From: an uncultured Candidatus Saccharibacteria bacterium | GTDB taxonomy: Bacteria; Patescibacteriota; Saccharimonadia; Saccharimonadales; Saccharimonadaceae | DNA length: 64,000 bases | Assembly: GCA_963545865.1 (NCBI GenBank) | Contig: CAUUJX010000005.1 | Coordinates: 12,529 to 76,528, forward strand | Reading direction: 5' to 3' | Shown: in pieces, positions 53,729 to 61,926 of the stretch | How the letters are laid out: every line of letters begins with the position of its first letter | Numbering within the stretch: the first letter of the stretch is position 1 | Notes under the pieces: generated by a model | Told to the model about the DNA's origin: nothing | Databases searched by the model: none | Seen by the model: the letters and a program-made list of their open reading frames with translations, nothing else | Translations under genes and position numbers: made by a program

Positions 53729-53730
53729 TT

Positions 53731-55242
53731 ATGGCAGTTTCTCACGATGTTTTGCAAAAATATGAAGTGACGATTGGTATCGAATGCCACGTACAGCTGG
53801 CGACAGACACGAAACTCTTTAGTCCAGCAGACAATGACGCCCGCGATGCCGAGCCTAATAGCAAAGTCCACCCGATCGACTTCGGTCTGCCTGGCATGCT
53901 ACCAGTCCTGAACCGCCACGCGGTTGATCTTGCGATTCGGGCTGGCAAGGCACTCAACGCGCCTATCGCTCGTGTTTCGCGTTTCGATCGTAAGCATTAT
54001 TTCTATCCAGATCTGCCGAAAGGCTACCAGACGAGCCAGATGTATCAGCCGATTATCTTGGCGGGCTATGTGGATGTGCCGCTTGATGATGGCAGCACCA
54101 CGCGTGTTCGAATCGACCATGCTCACATGGAGGAAGATGCTGGCAAGCTAACACACCACGATGGTTACTCATTGGTAGACCTCAACCGAGCGGGTACACC
54201 ACTGATCGAGATCGTCTCGCAGCCTGATATTCACTCGGCAGCCGAGGCTCGTGCCTACGCAGCAGAGCTTCACAAGCTCATGACCTATGCTGGCGTCACA
54301 CACGGCGATCTTTACCATGGTAATATGCGCTTTGACGTTAATATCTCGATCGCGCCAAAGAGTTCAGATCAGCTTGGGACGCGTGCTGAAGTGAAGAATC
54401 TCAATAGCTTTCGCAGTGTAGAAAAGGCAGTGGAGTATGAATATGCCCGTCAGGCGGATCTGCTCGAGCGCGGTGAGCGTGTCGTGCAAGAAACCCGCGG
54501 CTGGAGTGACGATAAAGGCATCACCACGAGCCAGCGCAGCAAAGAAGATGCACAGGACTATCGCTACATGCCCGACCCAGACATTCCACCGATTGTCTTA
54601 ACGGACGAAGAGATTGCTCGTGTCCAGCAGGACGTACCGACGATGCCAGGTGAATACCGTGCGCAGTGGCAGAGCCTTGCGCTGGATAACTCGGTGGTTA
54701 ATACTGTGCTAAGTCATCAGCCACTGGCTATTTTGCTGAGTGATATCTACCCACTAGAGCATAATGCTTCGTCAATTTTGCAAAGCCTTGGCGTTGATGA
54801 GTCGGTGTATGAGCGGCTTGTCAAGCGGATCTTCAACTGGTTTGCTTCCACGCCAGAAGAGTTGATGGATATGAGTAAGGTTGAATCGGGTTTTGTTGGG
54901 CCGCGGCGACTCTTGCTGCTCTCACAGTTGGTGGAGGACAACAAAGTCAGCTCGACTGGTGCAAAGGAGCTCTTTCTCGACCTCTTTGACGAGCAATATA
55001 CTGGCAAGATGCCTGAGGCGATTGCTGAGGCAAAGAACTTGCTCCAGGTGTCAGATGAGGGGGCGATTGGCGCGATCGTCGATGAGGTGATGAATGACCC
55101 AGCCAGTTCGGCGTCCATTGCCGATATCAAGGCCGGCAAGGATAAGGCAATTGGCTACCTCGTCGGGCAAGTCATGAAGCGATCTCGCGGCAAAGCCAAT
55201 CCAGCTCTGGCGCAGAAACTGATTCGTGAGAGACTGAAGTGA
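53731..55242 (+). CDS. gatB: Asp/Glu-tRNA amidotransferase subunit B
   Basis: 503 aa. IGIECHVQL, DRKHYFYPDLPKGYQ.SQ, NRAG.PL.EIVS and a C-terminal GatB/YqeY domain. Confidence 0.92.
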   Translation: MAVSHDVLQKYEVTIGIECHVQLATDTKLFSPADNDARDAEPNSKVHPIDFGLPGMLPVLNRHAVDLAIRAGKALNAPIARVSRFDRKHYFYPDLPKGYQTSQMYQPIILAGYVDVPLDDGSTTRVRIDHAHMEEDAGKLTHHDGYSLVDLNRAGTPLIEIVSQPDIHSAAEARAYAAELHKLMTYAGVTHGDLYHGNMRFDVNISIAPKSSDQLGTRAEVKNLNSFRSVEKAVEYEYARQADLLERGERVVQETRGWSDDKGITTSQRSKEDAQDYRYMPDPDIPPIVLTDEEIARVQQDVPTMPGEYRAQWQSLALDNSVVNTVLSHQPLAILLSDIYPLEHNASSILQSLGVDESVYERLVKRIFNWFASTPEELMDMSKVESGFVGPRRLLLLSQLVEDNKVSSTGAKELFLDLFDEQYTGKMPEAIAEAKNLLQVSDEGAIGAIVDEVMNDPASSASIADIKAGKDKAIGYLVGQVMKRSRGKANPALAQKLIRERLK

Positions 55243-55272
55243 GCAACTAAAGGATATACAAGGAGAATCATA

Positions 55273-56178
55273 ATGAAACGACCAACAAAAGCAATCATCG
55301 CCGCCGCGGGTTTTGGTACGCGGTTCTTGCCTCAGACCAAGGCGATGCCTAAGGAGATGATGCCGCTGATCGATAAGCCGATCATCCAATATGTGGTGGA
55401 GGAGCTCGTCCAGGCGGGGATCCGCGACATTATCATCGTGGGGAGTGCCAACAAGCGGGCAATTGAAGACCACTTTGATGTGCCAAATGAGGATCTGCTA
55501 GCTAACCTCCGAGCTGGCGGGCCGAAGAAACAGCCATTGATCGATACCGTCAAGCAGCTCTCGGAGATGGCAAACTTTATCTACATCCGCCAAAAGGGTC
55601 CATACGGCAACGCGACGCCACTAGCCTGTGCAGCGCATCTCATCAACCGCGACGAGCCCGTCATCTATACCTTTGCCGATGACTTCATTGCTGCCAGCCC
55701 AAGCCGCTTCCAGCAGATGATCGCTGCATCGCAAGAGCTCGATGGTGCAGTACTATCGTGCAAAAAGATCGTCGATGATGCTGAGTTTGATCGCTATGGC
55801 GTTGTGGCTGGCCAGCAGCTATCGGACGGTGTTATTAAGATGAGCAACATCGTTGAAAAGCCGGGTAAGGCTAATGCGCCATCTGACCTCGCTAGTGTCA
55901 GTAGCTATATTTTGCCTGGCGAATTCTTTAGCTATCTTGAGCATGCCAAGGAGCATTTTGATGGGCATGGCGAGTTTACCGTCCAGCCTATTATGCAGCG
56001 GATGATTGATGACGACCACGCGTTCTTTGGTGTGGAGATTACCAACGGTACATATTATGACACCGGCGATAAGCTCGAGTATCTCAAGACCGTCGTGGAT
56101 TTTGGCCTCAAAGACCCAGTGCTTGGCCCAGAGTTTGCAAAATACCTACGGACTCACTATACTGATACCCAGGCATAG
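55273..56178 (+). CDS. galU: UTP--glucose-1-phosphate uridylyltransferase
   Basis: KAIIAAAGFGTRFLPQTKAMPKEMMP is the GalU signature. SD AAGGAGA upstream. Confidence 0.87.
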   Translation: MKRPTKAIIAAAGFGTRFLPQTKAMPKEMMPLIDKPIIQYVVEELVQAGIRDIIIVGSANKRAIEDHFDVPNEDLLANLRAGGPKKQPLIDTVKQLSEMANFIYIRQKGPYGNATPLACAAHLINRDEPVIYTFADDFIAASPSRFQQMIAASQELDGAVLSCKKIVDDAEFDRYGVVAGQQLSDGVIKMSNIVEKPGKANAPSDLASVSSYILPGEFFSYLEHAKEHFDGHGEFTVQPIMQRMIDDDHAFFGVEITNGTYYDTGDKLEYLKTVVDFGLKDPVLGPEFAKYLRTHYTDTQA

Positions 56179-56210
56179 ATCATATGCTACTAACATAAAG
56201 GAGATACCGC

Positions 56211-56465
56211 ATGGAGTGGGCCCAGATATTAGTTATCATGTTATCGGTATTGCTAGCGCTACTGCTGGTGCTTGCGATCGTCTTGACGATCATATTGATT
56301 CGCATTACGCAGCGGATTAGTGCTGTGGTCGAGTCGGCTGAACGCGTAGCAGCAAACCTTGAGGCAACGACTGATAATATTGCCCGGGCTACCTCACCGT
56401 TTTGGCTGGCCAAGACCGCTGTGTCTTCGATCAAAAAATTGTTTACCACCAAACATAATCGATAA
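56211..56465 (+). CDS. DUF948-like small membrane protein
   Basis: 84 aa: N-terminal TM helix plus a helical tail. Paired with a YtxH-type gene, as in Firmicutes. SD AAGGAGA upstream. Confidence 0.5.
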   Translation: MEWAQILVIMLSVLLALLLVLAIVLTIILIRITQRISAVVESAERVAANLEATTDNIARATSPFWLAKTAVSSIKKLFTTKHNR

Positions 56466-56476
56466 AGGAGGGATAT

Positions 56477-56755
56477 ATGTCGAAAGGTAAATTTGTGCTT
56501 GGTGCAGCAATCGGTGCTGCCGCTGGCGTGGTGGCTGGGCTCTTAACAGCGCCAAAGTCAGGCAAAGAGACGCGAGCTGACCTCAAGAAAAAGGCACGTG
56601 AGCTCAAGCAAGACGCAACCGCAAAGGGTGACGAATTGCGTGCTAAGGGTGAGAAGGCATACTACGATGCACGTGATGCCGCTCGTGACCTGCATGACCG
56701 CAGTGGCCGCGCTCTGCGCAGTGCTCGCGATGAGTTTGCAAAGGACAAGAAGTAG
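56477..56755 (+). CDS. YtxH domain-containing protein
   Basis: GAAIGAAAGVVAGLLTAPKSGKETR is the YtxH signature. SD AAGGAGGG upstream. Confidence 0.68.
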   Translation: MSKGKFVLGAAIGAAAGVVAGLLTAPKSGKETRADLKKKARELKQDATAKGDELRAKGEKAYYDARDAARDLHDRSGRALRSARDEFAKDKK

Positions 56756-56833
56756 CCAGTAGGCGACAAAGGATGTGGTGAGTATTCTCCTTATAGGCAG
56801 AATGCTCGCCGCATCTTCGCAATTATCATTATT

Positions 56834-57184
56834 ATGACAAAGCAATCATCCCCACCGCAGCATTCATCGGATGAGTCGGCGACTCGTGAGCAGCGTGACC
56901 ACCCTGGGCTAGTTACTGGGCTTGCACGGCAGGTTAAGCAAGCCAACGAGACCGATGCACGCAAGGCTATCCTCGAGGATTTATTTTACGATTTTCATCG
57001 TAGCCGCGCAGAAGTCTACAAAATGAACTTCATCCGCGGGATATTTTTTGGCCTAGGGAGTGTGCTTGGCGGAACGATTCTTGTAGCGCTGTTTGTCTGG
57101 TTACTCAATGCCATCGGCCTCTTGGTGCCAAGCCTGGCGGACTTTATCGATAGCATTATCAAGGTGATGAGCACGCGGCATTGA
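56834..57184 (+). CDS. hypothetical C-terminally membrane-embedded protein
   Basis: 116 aa. FIRGIFFGLGSVLGGTILVALFVWLL TM segment. No clear SD. Confidence 0.45.
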   Translation: MTKQSSPPQHSSDESATREQRDHPGLVTGLARQVKQANETDARKAILEDLFYDFHRSRAEVYKMNFIRGIFFGLGSVLGGTILVALFVWLLNAIGLLVPSLADFIDSIIKVMSTRH

Positions 57185-57348
57185 TGTGTCGTGCAGAGGT
57201 AAGATGACCCATTCAGCGTGACTGGCCGTCACGTTTCTCCCGATAGGACAATAGGGGCGGTTAGTGCCGACAAAGCAAATAGCTCTGACACCTCAGCTCT
57301 TATCAATCACAAGCATCCCGGCGTTGGCGTCACCACCTACTCATTTGC

Positions 57349-57354
57349 TATACT
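57349..57354 (+). promoter_or_regulatory. extended -10 box TGCTATACT, 8 nt upstream of the dnaE ATG
   Basis: TG at 57346-57347, TATACT at 57349-57354, ATG at 57363, no SD. Confidence 0.5.
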
Positions 57355-57362
57355 AGATAAGT

Positions 57363-60300
57363 ATGACCTCTCACTCATTATCAGCTTTGCAGCCATCGGA
57401 TTTTGTTCACCTACACAACCATACTCATCACTCACTGCTTGATGGCTTAACGAAGATTGGTGACCTTGTCAGTACTGTCAAAGAGTATGGCATGACAGCA
57501 GCAGCCATTACCGATCACGGGACAATGAGTGGGGTGCTTGACTATTACAAGACGGCGAAGGCGGCGGGCATCAAGCCGATCCTTGGCATTGAAGCGTACG
57601 TTGCCGCTCGCTCGCGCTTCGACCGTGATCCCGCTAAAGATAAAATGCGCTACCACCTGACTATCATTGCGATGAATAATCAGGGGTACCATAACCTGAT
57701 GCGACTGAGTACGAAGGCAAACCTAGAGGGGATGTACTATAAGCCACGGATCGACCATGACCTCCTAGAGGAGTTCAACGAAGGGCTGATTGTCCTAAGC
57801 GGCTGTGCAAGTGGTGAGATTGGTGAGGCGCTGCGTTATGACGACTACGCCAAGGCAGTCGAGATCGCTCAGTGGTATAAGCGTGTCTTTGGCGACCGCT
57901 ACTATCTGGAATTGCAAGACCATGGCCACCCCGAGTCTAATACACACTGGGATGTGCAAGCGAAGATTAACGAGGGCCTGCGCCGCATGGCTGAGGAGCT
58001 GGACATCCCTCTGGTTGTGACGTGCGATGGTCACTATCTGACGCACGACTTTCAAGACGCGCATGAGATATTGCTCTGTGTGGGGACGGGCTCATTCTTG
58101 AGTGACGAAAAGCGGATGAGCCTGAAAGACTTTGAACTCCACCTGACTGACCCGCGCGATATCATTGCTCGCTGGGGAAGAGAGCTACCCGAGGCTATTA
58201 CCAACACCAAGCAGATTGCTGACCGCTGTAATGTCGACATTGAGCTGGGTAAAATCCTCATCCCAAAGTACCCATTGCCTGAGGGCGAGACGAGCGAACA
58301 TAGCTACCTGCACAAGCTAGTGTATCGCGGCTTAGCTCAGCGTTACAATGGTGTAACATCCGAAGATACTGCTGATCAGCTCCCTGAGCAAATTATCCCC
58401 ACTTTGGCTGATAGTGTGCGTGAGCGGGCCAAGATGGAGCTAGGTGTGATGGCAAGCATGGGGTATGAGGGGTATTTCCTCATCGTGCAGGACTTCATTA
58501 ACTGGGGCAAGAGCCAGGGGATTGTCTTTGGGCCAGGCCGGGGCAGTGCCGCGGGGTCGATTATTGCGTATGCGCTTAATATCACCGATCTTGACCCGCT
58601 CAAGTATGGTCTACTCTTCGAGCGGTTTCTTAACCCCGATCGCATTAGCATGCCCGATATCGATGTCGACATCCAGGATACGCGGCGCGATGAGGTAATC
58701 GACTACTGTGCAAATAAATATGGTCACGACCACGTCAGTAATATTGTCACCTTTGGTAAGATGGCGGCTCGGGCCGCAGTGCGTGATGTCGCACGTGTGT
58801 TGGAGGTGCCGTATGCTGAAAGTGACCGCCTGGCTAAGATGGTACCACCACCTGCCCAGGGGCGGCACATTCCGCTGGCAGTTAGCACTAAAGAGGATCC
58901 TGACCTTAAGCACGAATATGAGACGAACCCAACTGCCAAGCAGGTCTTTGATTATGCTATCCAGCTAGAGGGAACGATTCGCAGCCATGGAGTGCACGCG
59001 TGTGGTGTGGTGATTGCGCCCGACGAGCTTGTCAAATATATCCCGCTTGAGCAGGCGCAGAAAGGCGTCGTGGCGACGCAATTTCCAATGGGTGAGGTTG
59101 AGGATCTTGGTCTGCTCAAGATGGACTTCCTTGGCCTATCGAACTTATCGATTATTAATAATGCAATGCGGATCATCCGCAAAGTCTATGGTGATACGAT
59201 CGACCTCTCCACGCTACCACTTGATGACGAAGCAACCTACAAGCTCTTTCAGCGGGGTGACACAACAGGGGTATTCCAGCTTGAGTCGGCTGGGATGAAA
59301 CGTTATTTGCGCGCTCTCAAGCCATCGCACTTTGAGGATATCATCGCAATGGTGGCGCTGTACCGGCCAGGGCCGATGCAGTTTATCGATAGTTTTATTC
59401 GGCGTAAGCACGGCGAGGAGGAGATCACCTACCTTCACCCGGGGATGAAGAGCTCACTTGAGAACACCTATGGTATTTTGGTCTATCAAGAGCAGTTTAT
59501 GCAGATCTCCAAGGAGTGGTGCGGCTTTACCGGTGGGCAGGCTGATACCCTGCGCAAGGCCGTTGGTAAGAAAAAGATCGACCTAATGAAGAAAGTTAAG
59601 CCGGAGTTTGTCGAAGGAGCGGTGAAGGTCGGTGGAGCGACGCGCGAGATGGCTGAGACATTTTGGACGCAGCTGGAGGAATTTGCCAACTACTGCTTTA
59701 ATAAAAGCCACGCAGCGTGCTATGGGCTGATTGCCTACTGGACGGCATATCTCAAGGCGCACTACCCCGATGCCTTTATGGCGGCCTTGATGACAAGTGA
59801 CCATGATGACGTCGACCGGCTGGCGATTGAGATTACCGAATGTAAGCATATGGGCCTGACGGTACTCAACCCTGATGTCAATGAATCGTACGAGGAATTT
59901 GCCGTGGTGCCAGGCAAGAAGCAGATTCGCTTTGGTATGGCAGCAGTGAAGGGTGTTGGCGTGGGGGCAGTGGAAGAGATCGTCAAGATGCGTGACCGCG
60001 ATGGGAAGTTTGCGACGGTGGAGGACTTTGCTAAGCGTGTTTCGACGAGCAAGTGCAACAAGCGGGTGTGGGAATCGCTCATTAAGTCGGGTGGCTTTGA
60101 TGCGCTGGGTGATCGCTCTGATCTTCTCTTTAATCTTGAGAATGTCCTTGCTTTTGCTAGCAAGCTGCAGAAGGAAGCGTTGAGCGGCCAGACCGATCTC
60201 TTCGGTAGTCTCGCTGATAGTTCTACAGAGGTCATGCCGTCGATTGAGCTTAAGCCAGCGCCCGTCAAACACACTGACAAAGAGCGCCTGATGTGGGAGC

Positions 60301-61073
60301 GCGAGCTGATTGGCCTCTACATTAGTGCTCACCCGCTCGACCATTACGACACATTCTTTGCCGAGCAGACCGTGCCACTGCGCACTGTCTCACCGCAGAT
60401 CGACGGCCAGACAGTGACGATCGGTGGTCTCGTGACGCGCTTGCGGACGATTGTGACGAAGTCGGGTAGCAAGATGGCCTTTGTGGGGGTTGAGGATAAA
60501 TCCGGTGAGAGTGAGATTATTATCTTCCCGAATCTGTATGAGAAGCTTGCTGGCCAGCTGGAGCAAGATGTGGTAATCACTGCCAGTGGCAAGGTGAGCG
60601 CGCGCGATCGCGATGGCAACATTGGTGATGAAGCAAAGCTAATTGCCAATGAAATCACCGTCGTGACTGATACCGACTTAGCCGAATACCAAGCAACTGG
60701 TCGCACGATGTCTGCACCAACCGGTCCAGCAGCTACGCCGCGCCGCCGGTCATCATCGCAGAAGAATGCTGCCCAGCGCTCGGCGCGAGTGTCGGCAGGC
60801 ACGACGGCACCGTCAACGACACAGAGTCCGCCGCCCAGACCGCTTGATACACTCCCAACGGTCTATGTGCGGGTCAAGAACCCCGACGATATGACTGCTC
60901 TCACGAAGTTTAAGCAGCTGTGTACACAAAACCCGGGCCAGCACGATATTATTATGATGCTCGGTGATGACAAGACATCAGCGATTCGCCTGCCATTCCG
61001 GGTCGACGCGCAGCAGCGATTGCAGGATGAGCTTGCCCAGATTCTTGGTAGAGACTGCGTTGTTGTTAAATAA
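57363..61073 (+). CDS. dnaE: DNA polymerase III alpha subunit
   Basis: 1236 aa. PHP domain (HLHNHTHHSLLDG), polymerase core (GPGRGSAAGS, PDIDVD), OB fold, then an S/P/T-rich linker and a roughly 90-aa C-terminal module. Confidence 0.94.
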   Translation: MTSHSLSALQPSDFVHLHNHTHHSLLDGLTKIGDLVSTVKEYGMTAAAITDHGTMSGVLDYYKTAKAAGIKPILGIEAYVAARSRFDRDPAKDKMRYHLTIIAMNNQGYHNLMRLSTKANLEGMYYKPRIDHDLLEEFNEGLIVLSGCASGEIGEALRYDDYAKAVEIAQWYKRVFGDRYYLELQDHGHPESNTHWDVQAKINEGLRRMAEELDIPLVVTCDGHYLTHDFQDAHEILLCVGTGSFLSDEKRMSLKDFELHLTDPRDIIARWGRELPEAITNTKQIADRCNVDIELGKILIPKYPLPEGETSEHSYLHKLVYRGLAQRYNGVTSEDTADQLPEQIIPTLADSVRERAKMELGVMASMGYEGYFLIVQDFINWGKSQGIVFGPGRGSAAGSIIAYALNITDLDPLKYGLLFERFLNPDRISMPDIDVDIQDTRRDEVIDYCANKYGHDHVSNIVTFGKMAARAAVRDVARVLEVPYAESDRLAKMVPPPAQGRHIPLAVSTKEDPDLKHEYETNPTAKQVFDYAIQLEGTIRSHGVHACGVVIAPDELVKYIPLEQAQKGVVATQFPMGEVEDLGLLKMDFLGLSNLSIINNAMRIIRKVYGDTIDLSTLPLDDEATYKLFQRGDTTGVFQLESAGMKRYLRALKPSHFEDIIAMVALYRPGPMQFIDSFIRRKHGEEEITYLHPGMKSSLENTYGILVYQEQFMQISKEWCGFTGGQADTLRKAVGKKKIDLMKKVKPEFVEGAVKVGGATREMAETFWTQLEEFANYCFNKSHAACYGLIAYWTAYLKAHYPDAFMAALMTSDHDDVDRLAIEITECKHMGLTVLNPDVNESYEEFAVVPGKKQIRFGMAAVKGVGVGAVEEIVKMRDRDGKFATVEDFAKRVSTSKCNKRVWESLIKSGGFDALGDRSDLLFNLENVLAFASKLQKEALSGQTDLFGSLADSSTEVMPSIELKPAPVKHTDKERLMWERELIGLYISAHPLDHYDTFFAEQTVPLRTVSPQIDGQTVTIGGLVTRLRTIVTKSGSKMAFVGVEDKSGESEIIIFPNLYEKLAGQLEQDVVITASGKVSARDRDGNIGDEAKLIANEITVVTDTDLAEYQATGRTMSAPTGPAATPRRRSSSQKNAAQRSARVSAGTTAPSTTQSPPPRPLDTLPTVYVRVKNPDDMTALTKFKQLCTQNPGQHDIIMMLGDDKTSAIRLPFRVDAQQRLQDELAQILGRDCVVVK

Positions 61074-61095
61074 TGCCGTCCCCGCGAGGGGGTGA

Positions 61096-61178
61096 CTCGC
61101 GCCACCCTGGGAGTCTGCAGATTGCGCGTGTTACAAAGAAACTTCGAACAATTGCGTCTACGACCAGGGTGGCGCGAG
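61096..61178. repeat. perfect 15-bp inverted repeat (CTCGCGCCACCCTGG / CCAGGGTGGCGCGAG) enclosing 53 nt
   Basis: Read directly: arms at 61096-61110 and 61164-61178. Lies in the 243-bp gap between convergent dnaE and trmH-like genes. Confidence 0.7.
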
Positions 61179-61316
61179 GCCAGATACTTGCAAGGCGAGC
61201 GGAAATAAGCTCAAGCACAGGCAAGTTGTGTGCGGTGGCTTGGTCGTGCCACCTCCTGCTAGTATAACCCGATATTTGCCACAACGCAAACAAAATGGGT
61301 ACATATGATATTGCAA

Positions 61317-61853
61317 CTATCCAGCGGTTGTGAGCGCATAGAGCGCAATACCGGTTGCGACTGATACGTTAAATGATTCCTTCTGTCCATACATCGGAAT
61401 CTCGATGATGTCATCCACGAGCGCAAGCGTCTCAGCCGGGATACCATGGACTTCTTCGCCAAGTAAAAGGACGAGCTTGCTTGGTGGCTGATATTGCTGG
61501 AGAGAAACAGAAGTAGGAGCTTGCTCGAGCGCAACAATGCGATAGCCAGCAAACTGCGCCAGATCGAGCTCTGGCTGATAGTCGAACGGCACAAGAGCTT
61601 CGGCACCAAGTGCTGTCTTGTGGATCTGCTGGGTGATTTTCTCGCGGATGTGCGGCAGGCGTGAGTCGGCTCGCACTGTTTCTTCAGGTTGGTAGGCACA
61701 GTGTGGTGGAGTTGGCTGAAGGGCAAGATCGGGGTAGGGGGTGTAGCCACTCAGGATGAGCCGCTGCACGCCAAACCCCTCGCAGGTGCGAAAGATCGAC
61801 CCAACATTGTGTGCTGAGCGAATGTTGTGCGCAATAACAATAATCTCTGGCAT
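61317..61853 (-). CDS. SpoU/TrmH family RNA 2'-O-methyltransferase
   Basis: 178 aa. HNVGSIFRTCEGFG, LLLGEEVHG, IEIPMYG..ESFNVSVA.GIALY are the SPOUT motifs. Confidence 0.82.
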   Translation of the reverse strand: MPEIIVIAHNIRSAHNVGSIFRTCEGFGVQRLILSGYTPYPDLALQPTPPHCAYQPEETVRADSRLPHIREKITQQIHKTALGAEALVPFDYQPELDLAQFAGYRIVALEQAPTSVSLQQYQPPSKLVLLLGEEVHGIPAETLALVDDIIEIPMYGQKESFNVSVATGIALYALTTAG

Positions 61854-61859
61854 AGTTGT

Positions 61860-61865
61860 ATTATA
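61860..61865 (-). promoter_or_regulatory. -10 box TATAAT (minus strand), 6 nt upstream of the trmH-like start
   Basis: The plus strand reads ATTATA at 61860-61865. No SD. Confidence 0.5.
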
Positions 61866-61926
61866 CCTGAAGTGCTTTGGACTTGCCCCCTATATTTACC
61901 ACGAGCTTTTTGTTACACTAAGAAGG

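Noticed and set aside
56893-56902. Third copy of CCACCCTGG, as evidence for a dispersed repeat family with 61096-61110 and 4187-4200
   Set aside because: A 9-mer is expected to recur by chance in 64 kb on two strands, and this copy is inside a CDS. Not enough to claim a repeat family from this window.
59583-60344. 253-aa minus-strand ORF (the same applies to 62059-62769, 38564-39142, 9738-10310, 26652-27182 and 49947-50492)
   Set aside because: All lie antisense inside strongly supported conserved genes (dnaE, pilB, pheT, leuS, GH16, uvrB) and have no independent signals.
61066-61293. 75-aa minus-strand ORF and 64-aa plus-strand ORF (61073-61267) in the dnaE/trmH spacer
   Set aside because: The minus-strand ORF starts with TTG. 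Composition is Arg/Trp/Gly-rich, driven by the GC-rich inverted repeat. RNA structure is the more economical explanation.
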